Source: Trueperaceae bacterium
GTDB taxonomy: Bacteria > Deinococcota > Deinococci > Deinococcales > Trueperaceae
NCBI GenBank assembly: GCA_965213705.1
Contig: OZ243913.1
Coordinates: forward strand, 608,001-672,000
DNA: 64,000 bases
Direction of reading: 5' to 3'
Shown here: positions 28,907 to 39,260 of the stretch, piece by piece
Numbering within the stretch: the first letter of the stretch is position 1
Layout of the letters: every line of letters starts with the position of its first letter
Notes under the pieces: model-generated
The model's input: only the letters and a program-made list of their open reading frames with translations
Database searches by the model: none
Told to the model about the DNA's origin: nothing
Made by a program: the position numbers and the translations under genes

Positions 28907-29929
28907 CTAAACATCCGGTCCTGCGGAAACGGGGTCGTCCGCAGGGGCCAGGGTGAACGCTTCTTTCAGACCTGCCTGCGCAGTCTCGAGCGCCTCGAGC
29001 GGCGCATAGTCCAGCGCCAGCACGCCCCGGTAAGCGCGCGTCGCGGCGTCGCGGCGGTCTGCCAAGTCGTAGAGTTGGCCCAAGCGCGCAAGCAGGTAGC
29101 CGGGTAGGTAGTAAGGCTGCGAAAAGTCGCCACGGCTGGCATTTTCTAAAACGTCTAACGCTTCCAAAAAGTGGCTGTTCGCGGTGAGCAGGTTCGCCTC
29201 GTGGTAGCGGGCCTCTGTCGCCTTCACCTCGCGCAGCTTGGCGAGCAGCGGTCCGGGCTCGGGAACATCGACGCGGAACGCGAAGTCGAGCAGGCTGCGC
29301 TCACGCGTCTCCTCGGTCGGCTCGGGTGATACAGGTTCTAAGAGTTCAGCTTTGTTCTCCAAAAAGTCTTGCAAAAACGGCACATGGTCCACGCTGGCGA
29401 GGACGGCGACGCGCTCGAAGGGTAGAGCTAAAATCTCCTCAGCCATCTTCTTTACACGCTCTCTCAACCAGTCGGTGCCGGGGCCGTCTTGAAGCGTTTC
29501 TTCTTGAAACGTCTGGTGCTCGAGCAACAGGGGCACGACCTCTTGCCGGATACGTTTCAGGGTGAGGGGTTGTTCGAGGAGCGCGTTCAGCGGCCTCAGT
29601 TTCGTGTCTACGCGCTGCACGGCTTCACGAAGTTTTGGATACTGCGCGGCGTAGCGGCGAAAGTCGTCCAGGGCGGCAGGGTCGGGGCTGGGCACGTGAA
29701 CGCCGTAAACCGGAATGTCCCGCCGCCGCGCCCAGGGTATGACGGTGTGGGGCAGCACGATTTCGGGCGTGTCTTGCCAGCGGGGCGTGTCCAGGGCGCC
29801 GGGCGCTAAAGCGGTGGCCGCTATAGCTTCGGGCTGAAAAGCCGCCACCGCGTCGCGCACACTCACCGCGTTGTAAAGCGGATAGCGCAGGTGAAAGGGA
29901 CCCATGAGCGGGATGAGGGTAAGTTGCAT
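28907..29929 (-). CDS. hypothetical protein with a C-terminal TPR-like region
   Basis: 340-aa ORF with host codon usage; LARLGQLYDLADRRDAA...Y TPR pattern. Confidence 0.8.
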   Translation of the reverse strand: MQLTLIPLMGPFHLRYPLYNAVSVRDAVAAFQPEAIAATALAPGALDTPRWQDTPEIVLPHTVIPWARRRDIPVYGVHVPSPDPAALDDFRRYAAQYPKLREAVQRVDTKLRPLNALLEQPLTLKRIRQEVVPLLLEHQTFQEETLQDGPGTDWLRERVKKMAEEILALPFERVAVLASVDHVPFLQDFLENKAELLEPVSPEPTEETRERSLLDFAFRVDVPEPGPLLAKLREVKATEARYHEANLLTANSHFLEALDVLENASRGDFSQPYYLPGYLLARLGQLYDLADRRDAATRAYRGVLALDYAPLEALETAQAGLKEAFTLAPADDPVSAGPDV

Positions 29930-30054
29930 AGGTCAGTATGGCGCGTTCAGCGGGTGGCGACCAGGCACACCGAAACAATCGGGCTTAGGTGAGCATGACT
30001 TTTTTCCGACTCGAGGGTGTTGCAACGCCGTCTTTGAAGTTTCGGTGCAACCTC

Positions 30055-30119
30055 TTGACGAATAGCGTATATCGGGCTATACTATCTTTTATCAGCGCTT
30101 ACCAGGCGCTTCTTTTTTT
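30055..30119 (+). promoter_or_regulatory. near-consensus promoter immediately followed by a terminator-like hairpin
   Basis: TTGACG-N17-TATACT at 30055-30083; AGCGC-ttaccag-GCGCT-TCTTTTTTT at 30094-30119. Confidence 0.55.
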
Positions 30120-30221
30120 GTCTTAAACTTTTTTCGACAAAGCCGAGCGGCTCGAGGATTTTTCCTTGGGCCGCTTGTTTTTGAGCTTGGCGCACGCTGA
30201 GGGGCTCGAGCGCTTTTTGCC

Positions 30222-31400
30222 TCAGCCATGCGGTAAGAAATCTTTGACAAAGCGCGCGGTGTAGTCTGCCAGCAAAGTTTCCACCTTTTCGAAACTCTCC
30301 GAGCCGACGATCAGGCTCGCAAACTCGGCTGAGCGGGGCCGAAAAACGATTTCTGGCTCGGTGTAGTGCGCGGTGTCGGCGAATGGAAGCTGGGACGGAC
30401 AGGCGATGAGCCCGGCGTAGTCGTCGCGGAGCGGGGGCAGGCTGTACGCTTCGTCCTTGGCATGGGCGAGTTCCAGGCGCGCCGCCTCCCGCCAGGGCTC
30501 GAGCCCGGTCGCCGCTTCGACGAGCCACTCGATGTTGCCGCCGCCGACCCGGGCCGCCGTTTCCAAAAAGTAAAACTGCCCGTCTTCAGCGCGAATGAAC
30601 TCGCTGTGGCTGGGGCCGTAGTCGCGGTTGAAACTTTTCAAAAGGTCGTTCGTCAGACGGGTGAGCACCTGCGTGTCGGGGTGAGCGCGGGGCAGGACTC
30701 GAGTGGTAAAAATACCGCGCCCCTGCAACACGGCCAGGGGCGGCGCGCCGTACTTGCTCACGAGTGAGAAGACTGTTTCACCCTGCCAACTGAGCGTGTC
30801 CACGTGGTAAACGTCGCCGGGCACGAAACTTTCCAACAGGTAGTAAGACCTCCGGTCGCCGAGCGTGTCGAGCAGCCGCCACAGGCTTTCCGCGTCGTAG
30901 AGTTTGTGGATGCCTTCCGAACCGGCCAGGGTACGCGGTTTAAACACCCAGGGCGGTGGCACGTTGCGCACGAAGTCACGCAAGTCGTCGTAGTTGAAAA
31001 TGCCGGTAAAGTCCGGCACCGGCAAACTCCGCTCCTGCGCGCGCACCCGCATGGCGAGCTTGTCGCGGAACAGCCGCGCCGCCGAATCGCCCAGGCCACT
31101 TATGCGCAAGTGCTCGCGCAGCGCGGCGGCGGTCTCCACGTCGTAGTCGTCCAGACCCACGATTCGGTCGATGTGGCGGTCTCGAGCCAGGTAGCTCACT
31201 GCGTACGTGATGTCGGGCTGGGCACGAACGCTTCTCATCGTAAAGTGCTCGTCGATGCTGGTCCAGGGCCAGGGTTCGTTCACGAGCTTGTCGTCCATCA
31301 CCACGACGACGCGGCAACCCTGACGGTGGCACTCTTCTAAAAACGGCACGCCTTTGAGTTCGCTGGCGAGGGCCAAGACGGTAAGCGGTCGAGAAGCCAT
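30222..31400 (-). CDS. ATP-grasp domain protein
   Basis: FRDKLAMR, KPR..AGS.GI, HSEFI and FLETAARVGG motifs; TACAAT 7 nt before ATG 31400. Confidence 0.92.
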   Translation of the reverse strand: MASRPLTVLALASELKGVPFLEECHRQGCRVVVVMDDKLVNEPWPWTSIDEHFTMRSVRAQPDITYAVSYLARDRHIDRIVGLDDYDVETAAALREHLRISGLGDSAARLFRDKLAMRVRAQERSLPVPDFTGIFNYDDLRDFVRNVPPPWVFKPRTLAGSEGIHKLYDAESLWRLLDTLGDRRSYYLLESFVPGDVYHVDTLSWQGETVFSLVSKYGAPPLAVLQGRGIFTTRVLPRAHPDTQVLTRLTNDLLKSFNRDYGPSHSEFIRAEDGQFYFLETAARVGGGNIEWLVEAATGLEPWREAARLELAHAKDEAYSLPPLRDDYAGLIACPSQLPFADTAHYTEPEIVFRPRSAEFASLIVGSESFEKVETLLADYTARFVKDFLPHG

Positions 31401-31445
31401 AAAGGGTATTGTAACGGCACGGCGCGCGCCGTGAACGTTGGACTC

Positions 31446-31503
31446 TGCTGAACTTTGCGCTGTTGAGCTTTGCGCTGTCAAACTTTGTGCAGTTAAACTC
31501 CGC
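31446..31503. repeat. imperfect 15-bp tandem repeat, about 4 copies
   Basis: TGCTGAACTTTGCGC / TGTTGAGCTTTGCGC / TGTCAAACTTTGTGC / AGTTAAACTCCGC. Confidence 0.75.
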
Positions 31504-31526
31504 TTAGCCAGCCCGAGGGAGCACCC

Positions 31527-32366
31527 ATGCAGTTTTATACCGTCAACGGACAGTTGCTGCCCGCCGCCCAAGCCCACTTACACGTGAGCGACCTCGGGCT
31601 GTTGCGCGGCTACGCGGTGTTCGACTATTTCCGCGTTCTGGGTTTTACGCCGCTGTTTATCGAGGATTACTTGGCGCGCTTCGAGCGCTCGGCGCGCTGT
31701 TTGAACTTGGAGTTGCCTGTAAAACCCGCGGAGTTGCAACGTCAAGTCGACAACCTCGTCCGCGCCAACTCCGTTCCCGACGCGGGCGTGCAGCTACTGT
31801 TGACCGGCGGCTACACGCCGGACGGTTTTACCCCGACCGAGCCTAATTTGCTCGTGCTCGAGCGCCCTCTCAACCCGCTCGAGCCCGCTCTTTACGAGCG
31901 CGGCGCAAAACTCATCACGCACGAGTACCGCCGCGACATTCCCGCCGCCAAGACGACGAACTACGCGGTCGCTATCCAACTGCTGCCGCGCCAGCGGGCG
32001 GCGGGCGCGGTCGACGTGCTCTACCACCGGGACGGCGTCGTCACCGAAACGGCGCGCTCGAACGTGTTCGTCGTGCGCGACGGCGTGGTCATAACGCCGG
32101 GAGAAAACATTTTGCCAGGCGTGACGCGCAAGCAAGTTTTAGAACTCGCGCGGCGACACTACGAAACCCGCGAGACCGAGGTCGGCCTGCAGGACGTGCT
32201 GAACGCCGAAGAAGTGTTCATCACCAGCACGCTCAAGGGTGTGCTGCCCATCGTCTTGGTCGAGGGCCGTCCTATCGGCAGCGGCACCCCCGGCCCAGTC
32301 GCGCAGCACCTGGGCAAATTGTTCGAGGCGCACGTCGAAGCCTACTTGTCCGTCGCTTCACGCTGA
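31527..32366 (+). CDS. PLP fold-type IV aminotransferase (D-amino-acid/branched-chain family)
   Basis: DLGLLRGY, KTTNY, ETARSNVF, ILPGVTR and EVFITST motifs. Confidence 0.93.
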   Translation: MQFYTVNGQLLPAAQAHLHVSDLGLLRGYAVFDYFRVLGFTPLFIEDYLARFERSARCLNLELPVKPAELQRQVDNLVRANSVPDAGVQLLLTGGYTPDGFTPTEPNLLVLERPLNPLEPALYERGAKLITHEYRRDIPAAKTTNYAVAIQLLPRQRAAGAVDVLYHRDGVVTETARSNVFVVRDGVVITPGENILPGVTRKQVLELARRHYETRETEVGLQDVLNAEEVFITSTLKGVLPIVLVEGRPIGSGTPGPVAQHLGKLFEAHVEAYLSVASR

Positions 32367-32397
32367 CGCCTTCAACTCGAGCCTCGTTGTAAAAAAC

Positions 32398-33843
<1,446 letters not shown>

Positions 33844-33912
33844 TTAACAAGCCTAGCAGAGAAATGACGAGTCGAAGCGTTTCCCGCTCGAGCCGTTTGC
33901 TACAATGCCGGT

Positions 33913-34467
33913 ATGGACGTCTCAAAAGCTTGGTACCGGGTCAGCCTGGAAGACTATCTCGAGGGCGAGAAAGACGCCCCCGTCAGGCATGAGTATGTGG
34001 ATGGCGAGGTCTTTGCGATGGCGGGGGGCAGCCGTGTGCACAACACCGTCTCTGGCAACGTCCACACCGCGCTCAATTTGGCAGCGAGGCGCTCGAATTG
34101 CCGAGCTTACATCAATGACATGAAAGTCTCAATTGACGAAAACATCTTTTATTATCCCGATGTTGTATTCGATTGCGAGGACGGTTCCGACGATTACTAT
34201 GTCACTAAACCCTGTGTCATCGTCGAAGTCATCAGCCCCTCAACTGTACGCACCGACATGAACGAAAAGCGTTACGCCTACTTAACTTTGCCGAGCCTGC
34301 AGCTCTACCTGCTCGTTGACAGCCGCAAACAGTTCGTGCTCGGCTACTACCGAACCAAAAAGGGCTGGGAAGAACGGCACTTCGACGAGGGCGAAACGGT
34401 GCCCGTTCCTTGCGCCGACTTAGAGCTGACGTTTGAAGACATTTATATCCAAACGCCCTACCTCTGA
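33913..34467 (+). CDS. Uma2 family (DUF820) endonuclease-fold protein
   Basis: RHEYVDGEVFAMAGGS, YPDV and VEVISPST motifs. Confidence 0.93.
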   Translation: MDVSKAWYRVSLEDYLEGEKDAPVRHEYVDGEVFAMAGGSRVHNTVSGNVHTALNLAARRSNCRAYINDMKVSIDENIFYYPDVVFDCEDGSDDYYVTKPCVIVEVISPSTVRTDMNEKRYAYLTLPSLQLYLLVDSRKQFVLGYYRTKKGWEERHFDEGETVPVPCADLELTFEDIYIQTPYL

Positions 34468-34504
34468 ACGTTTTCCCCACCCTGGGCACGGTTCCCAGGG
34501 ACGC

Positions 34505-34801
34505 TCAGGGCTGCGCGGCTTTCTCTTTTTGCGCGAGCATCAAGCCCTGCGGGTTTGAAACCGCGTGCCGGGCGGCGGCCCAGGTTTTTTTGAGGTCGGC
34601 ACCCTCCTCGTCCAAACTGCTTGCCGAGACCGAGGCGTAGTATTCGACCTCGTCGGCTTTGGCTTTGAGGAGTTGGTTGAGCACCGCGTGGAGCGAGTCG
34701 CGCACCGCCAAACCCTCTTTGAGCATGTCTTGCGCTTCCAACAGCCGCGTCACGAGTTCGTCATGGCTCATCGAAAGCAGTTGGTCTTTCGTTCGCTGCA
34801 T
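34505..34801 (-). CDS. hypothetical helical protein
   Basis: 98-aa ORF with GAGG SD. Confidence 0.65.
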   Translation of the reverse strand: MQRTKDQLLSMSHDELVTRLLEAQDMLKEGLAVRDSLHAVLNQLLKAKADEVEYYASVSASSLDEEGADLKKTWAAARHAVSNPQGLMLAQKEKAAQP

Positions 34802-34874
34802 TCTTGTACCTCTCCGGGCGCGCTATCCCGAACCCACTTTAACGCGTTTGCTGATGCCGTGTATGCTTGAAGGC

Positions 34875-36227
34875 ATGGACCCGACCCGTTTGTCCGTGCT
34901 CGAGCTTGGCGCAGCCTACCGCGCCAAAGAGTTAAGTCCCGTCGAGGTTACGGAGAGCTACCTGAGCAAGCTCGAGGCGGGCGACGTGTACCGGGTCGTG
35001 ACGGGCGAACGGGCCCGCGCGCAAGCTGCTCGAGCCGAGCGCTTGTTCGCTCGAGGCGCGGCCCTGGGGCCGCTGCAAGGCGTACCCGTCGCCCTAAAAG
35101 ACCTTATCGACACCGTCGGCGAGGTCACGGCGGCAGGCTCGAAAGTTTTAGCCGAGGGCGCAGCCGCCACAGAAGACGCGCCCGTCGCCGCCCGACTCGA
35201 CGCGGCGGGCGCGGTTTTTTTGGGCAAAACCAACATGACCGAGCTTGCCTTTTCGGGCCTCGGGCTCAACCCGCACTTCGGGACGCCTCCCAACGCGCTG
35301 GTCCCCGCGCGGGTTCCGGGGGGGTCGTCGTCGGGCTCGGCGGTGGCGGTCGCGCGCGGTTTGGCTTGCGCGGCGGTGGGCTCGGACACGGGTGGCTCGG
35401 TGCGGATTCCGGCGGCGTTCAACGGTTTGGTCGGCCTCAAAACGACCGACGGAGCTATTCCCAGCGACGGCTGCACCGCGCTCTCGACCACGCTCGACAC
35501 GCTCGGCCCACTGACGCGCAACGTCGACGACGCTTGGGCGCTGTGGTTGGCGCTCGCCGCCAAGCCGTATAAAAAGCTCGAGCCCAAGCTGCCCGCCACC
35601 CTCAAGCTGCTGGTTCCGACGAACGTGGTGCTCGAGGAAGCGGACACCGAAGTGCTCGAGGCTTTCGAAAAAGCGCTCACAACTTTTGAAACTCAGGGCC
35701 ACACGCTCGAGCGGCGTACCGTGCCCGAACTGCAAACCATCCGCGACCTTTACGTCCGCTACGGCAGCTTTGCGAGCCACGAATCGTTTGCGCTCTACGA
35801 GGACGTGCTGACGCGGCGCGGCAATGACATAGACCCGCGGGTGGCGCGGCGGATTCTCGAGTACAAGACGCGCCCGGCCAGCGACTACTTGCGCCTCGTG
35901 TACGCGCGGCGCGACCTGGTGCGCGCTTTCTGGGAGCGTTACCGCCCTTACGACGCCGTCCTCGCGCCGACCGTCGCCATTCTGCCGCCGCGCACCGACG
36001 CGCTCGTCGAAGACGGCGCTTACTTCGCGGCGAACAGCCTCGTTTTGCGCAACACCATGCTCTTCAACTTTTTGAGCGGCGCGGCCGTGAGCGTCCCCTG
36101 CGCGAGTACACCCGAAGGGCTGTCGGTCGGGTTGATGGTGGCGACCGCGCCGCATACGGAGGCCTTGGCCCTTGGCGTCGCCGCGCTCGTCCAACCAGGG
36201 AAAGCGCAAAAACACTCGGTCGAGTAA
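34875..36227 (+). CDS. amidase-signature family amidase (GatA-like)
   Basis: LKDL, GKTNMTE, GGSSSGS and GSDTGGSVRIPA motifs; TATGCT 7 nt before ATG. Confidence 0.94.
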   Translation: MDPTRLSVLELGAAYRAKELSPVEVTESYLSKLEAGDVYRVVTGERARAQAARAERLFARGAALGPLQGVPVALKDLIDTVGEVTAAGSKVLAEGAAATEDAPVAARLDAAGAVFLGKTNMTELAFSGLGLNPHFGTPPNALVPARVPGGSSSGSAVAVARGLACAAVGSDTGGSVRIPAAFNGLVGLKTTDGAIPSDGCTALSTTLDTLGPLTRNVDDAWALWLALAAKPYKKLEPKLPATLKLLVPTNVVLEEADTEVLEAFEKALTTFETQGHTLERRTVPELQTIRDLYVRYGSFASHESFALYEDVLTRRGNDIDPRVARRILEYKTRPASDYLRLVYARRDLVRAFWERYRPYDAVLAPTVAILPPRTDALVEDGAYFAANSLVLRNTMLFNFLSGAAVSVPCASTPEGLSVGLMVATAPHTEALALGVAALVQPGKAQKHSVE

Positions 36228-36282
36228 ACACACACGCAGCACGGGTTTAGGTAGTTTCGAACATCGTCCAAAAGGCTTGTAG

Positions 36283-37827
36283 CTACGCCGCACTCGAGGC
36301 ACTGTCGAACGTACCCATTGCCGCGCCCCGCCGTCCATACTGCAGCGCTTCATCTTCCAAAGACCCGTAGCGGAGCGCAGCGATGTCCTGAAAATAGCTT
36401 TGGTAGATGACCCAAGGCCTCGACTCGCCCTGCTTGGGCAACAGGTGTTCCGAGCGCCGGATGTAGCCCGAAGTCAGGTTGACGGCGGGCCGCGTCTGCA
36501 GGTCACCGCTCGGCGCTCGAGGGGTGCAGCTGTCGTAGCCTTGGGCGTCCATGTAACTTAGCAGACGACACACGAACTTGGAAATCAGCTCGCACTTGAG
36601 CGTCCAAGAGGCGTTCGTGTAGCCCACGGCCGAGGCGAAGTTCGGGAGGCCGCTGTACAGCGCCCCCTTGTAAGAAAGGCACTTGGACACCTCCACAGGT
36701 TTACCGTCCACAGAAAGCTGTGCGCCGCCCACCACCTTAAGTTGCAGCCCCGTCGCGCTGACAACGATGTCCGCGTCCAAACCTTCACCTGAAGCGAGGC
36801 ACAGCCCCGTCTCGGTAAAGGTGTCGATTTCGTCGGTGACGATTGAAGCGCGGCCGGACTTGACGGCCTTGAAAAAGTCGCCGTCGGGCGCTAGGCACAA
36901 GCGCTGGTCCCAGGGGTCGTAGCGCGGGGTAAAGTGTTTTTCGACGTCGTAGTCGGGGCCGAGTTCGTCCTGGACTTGCTTGAGGAGCGACCGCTTGACC
37001 AGTTCCGGCTGCCAGCGCGCCATCCGGTAGACGTAGGTGCCGTAGAGCACGTTTTTCCAGCGCACCAAACCGTGGGCGAGGCGCGCGGGCAGCGCGCGGT
37101 GCAGCCGCTTCGCCAAGCGGTCTTCGGCGGGCAGCGCGGCGATGTACGAGGGCGAACGCTGCAGCATGGTGACCTGCGCCCCCGAAGCAGCGAGTTCGGG
37201 TACCAGCGTTACCGCCGTCGCGCCGCTGCCTACGATGACGACTTTTTTGTCCTCGACCGAGAGATTTTCGGGCCACGCCTGCGGGTGGACGAGGTGGCCC
37301 TTGAACTCGTCCATACCCGGCCACTGCGGCGTGTAACCCGCGTCGTAGTCGTAGTAGCCGCTGCACATGTACAAAAAATTGCAGGTGTAGGGCGTGGGTG
37401 CGCCCTCGACGCAGAGCCGCCACCGCGCCTCCTCGGAAGACCAGGCGGCGCTGGTCAACTTGTGGTGGTAGCGAATGTGTTTTTCGATGTCGAAGGCCGC
37501 GGCGGTCTCTTTGATGTAGGACAGAATCGTCGGCCCGTCGGAGATGGACTTGTCGCTCGTCCAAGGTCGAAAGCTGAAGCCGAGCGTTTCCATGTCCGAG
37601 TCCGAGCGGATGCCGGGGTAGCGGAACAGGTCCCAGGTGCCGCCGACGCTGCCGCGCGCCTCCAAAACGGCAAAACTCTTGTCCGGGAGGAGCCGCTGCA
37701 AGTAGCAGGCCGCGCCGATGCCTGAGAGCCCCGCGCCGACGATGACGACGTCGAAGTGTTGGGCGGGACGCTGTTCGCGTTGCTGGGTGAGTGAGGTGGG
37801 CTCGAGGGTCACTGTCGGTAGGGTCAC
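36283..37827 (-). CDS. flavin-containing Baeyer-Villiger-type monooxygenase (EthA-like)
   Basis: GAGLSG, GGTWDLFRYPGIRSDSD, FxGxxVHPQxWP and GSGATAVT motifs. Confidence 0.95.
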   Translation of the reverse strand: MTLPTVTLEPTSLTQQREQRPAQHFDVVIVGAGLSGIGAACYLQRLLPDKSFAVLEARGSVGGTWDLFRYPGIRSDSDMETLGFSFRPWTSDKSISDGPTILSYIKETAAAFDIEKHIRYHHKLTSAAWSSEEARWRLCVEGAPTPYTCNFLYMCSGYYDYDAGYTPQWPGMDEFKGHLVHPQAWPENLSVEDKKVVIVGSGATAVTLVPELAASGAQVTMLQRSPSYIAALPAEDRLAKRLHRALPARLAHGLVRWKNVLYGTYVYRMARWQPELVKRSLLKQVQDELGPDYDVEKHFTPRYDPWDQRLCLAPDGDFFKAVKSGRASIVTDEIDTFTETGLCLASGEGLDADIVVSATGLQLKVVGGAQLSVDGKPVEVSKCLSYKGALYSGLPNFASAVGYTNASWTLKCELISKFVCRLLSYMDAQGYDSCTPRAPSGDLQTRPAVNLTSGYIRRSEHLLPKQGESRPWVIYQSYFQDIAALRYGSLEDEALQYGRRGAAMGTFDSASSAA

Positions 37828-37932
37828 TGTCGGTCTCCTTTACAGGTCGTTGTAAAATGTTCAGGTAAATTTTTTGGTCTTTAGTGCAACTTTCAAATCT
37901 GTCGTAACGATAACCGGGGACCACCCGCCACC

Positions 37933-38802
37933 TCACGCACCGCCCGACTTTTGCTTGCTCGCCCTTTTGGGGGTTTTGGCACCGAGGTTGCGTTCGAATT
38001 CCCTTTTCAGGAGGCGCCAGTAGGCGACCGGAGCGGCGCGCTGCACCGCTTCGATCATGCGCGCGTCCGAGCCGATGAGCACGCGGCCGCGCCGCCGCCG
38101 AACAGCCTCCAAAATAGCGGCGGCGGCCACCTCGGGCGTGGTTTTGACGTTTTCGGCGAAGCGCTGCATCCCCTGACGTGCCGCTTCTTGGTCGGCGGCG
38201 GCGGCAACCCGCGCGCCCAGCGCGATGTTCGTCTTGACGCCGCCCGGATGAACCACCGTCACCCCGACCCGGCCGGCGAGTTCGTGTCGCAGCGCCTCGG
38301 TAAAGCCGCGCACGGCGAACTTGCTCGCCGCGTAGGCCACGTTGCCCGGCGGCGCGATGACGCCGAAGATGCTCGAGAGGTTCACCAGGTGCGACCCCGG
38401 CTCGCTGAGCAAACTAGGCAAACAGCTTTTGGTGAGGGTGACGACCGCGCGGAAGTTGATGTTCATGAGCCATTCGAACTCTTCTAAGGTAACCTCTTCG
38501 AAGGTACCCTCGAGGCCTGCGCCCGCGTTGTTGACGAGCAGCGTGACGCGCCTGTGTGCGGCTAGGACCTCTTCGACCAGTTCGAAAATAGCCTCTTGCC
38601 GGGCGAGGTCGACGGTGTGCGTGCTGGTCTCCGCGCCGAGCTGCCGCGTTCGCGTGGCGACCTCCGCCAAACCCGCCTCGTTCCGGTCTGCCAGGGCGAG
38701 GCGGCAACCCCGCGCCGCTAGGTCCGTTGCGAGCGCGCGCCCGATGCCGCTCGCCGCGCCCGTAAGAAGTGCGACGCTGTCTTGAAAAATGAATGGTTTC
38801 AC
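37933..38802 (-). CDS. short-chain dehydrogenase/reductase
   Basis: TGAASGIG, NNAG and YAASK motifs. Confidence 0.95.
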   Translation of the reverse strand: MKPFIFQDSVALLTGAASGIGRALATDLAARGCRLALADRNEAGLAEVATRTRQLGAETSTHTVDLARQEAIFELVEEVLAAHRRVTLLVNNAGAGLEGTFEEVTLEEFEWLMNINFRAVVTLTKSCLPSLLSEPGSHLVNLSSIFGVIAPPGNVAYAASKFAVRGFTEALRHELAGRVGVTVVHPGGVKTNIALGARVAAAADQEAARQGMQRFAENVKTTPEVAAAAILEAVRRRRGRVLIGSDARMIEAVQRAAPVAYWRLLKREFERNLGAKTPKRASKQKSGGA

Positions 38803-38980
38803 AAATTCCCCCGGCACGCTGGCAAGCTGCCGGAAAGCGTTGCAAGGCGCTCCAGCCCCGTCTTCGTCAGCCGCTTACCCACGCGCTCCTCCTCGGCTTC
38901 ACTCCGAACCCGACCTCGTTCCAAAAGGTGCGAACCGGCAAGGCGTTTTGCGGTCGTTGCCTGTAGCCTGCCGGGCAGAG

Positions 38981-39061
38981 TTGACAAGACGCGCGCCACC
39001 CCTTAGGCTTATCCGATACTGTTATTGGATAAAGTTTAAGGGGGGAGCAGGGGTTTGTCAA
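38981..39061. promoter_or_regulatory. face-to-face promoters with a central palindromic operator
   Basis: + strand TTGACA(38981)-N17-TAGGCT; - strand TTGACA(39061)-N17-TAAACT; TTATCCgATA-N4-TATtGGATAA at 39009-39032. Confidence 0.75.
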
Positions 39062-39260
39062 TCGTCGACAGGTCGGCACACCTTCTGCGGGGTCTTTGAC
39101 GTGAGGTTCTTGACTGAGGAGTCCCGAGTGAGCCTGAGAGCGAGAAGCCGGTGATGAGGGGCGCTGGTGACCGTGTCATGGAGGTGTCGGAAGTGTGCAG
39201 GCGAGAAGACCTCGAGCACCTTGGACCCTCCCAAGCCTCGGTGGGGACTGAAAACAGCTC

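Noticed and set aside
31446..31503. CRISPR array (also considered for 42419-42456 and the 11733 repeat family)
   Set aside because: There are no spacers, the repeats are degenerate or dispersed, and no cas genes are present.
33913..34467. Uma2 gene as a restriction or defence system
   Set aside because: It is a solitary member of a commonly expanded family, with no methyltransferase or defence neighbours.
38803..38980. Possible cobalamin riboswitch in the SDR leader
   Set aside because: No AGGGAA, B12-box or GCCACTG pattern is present.
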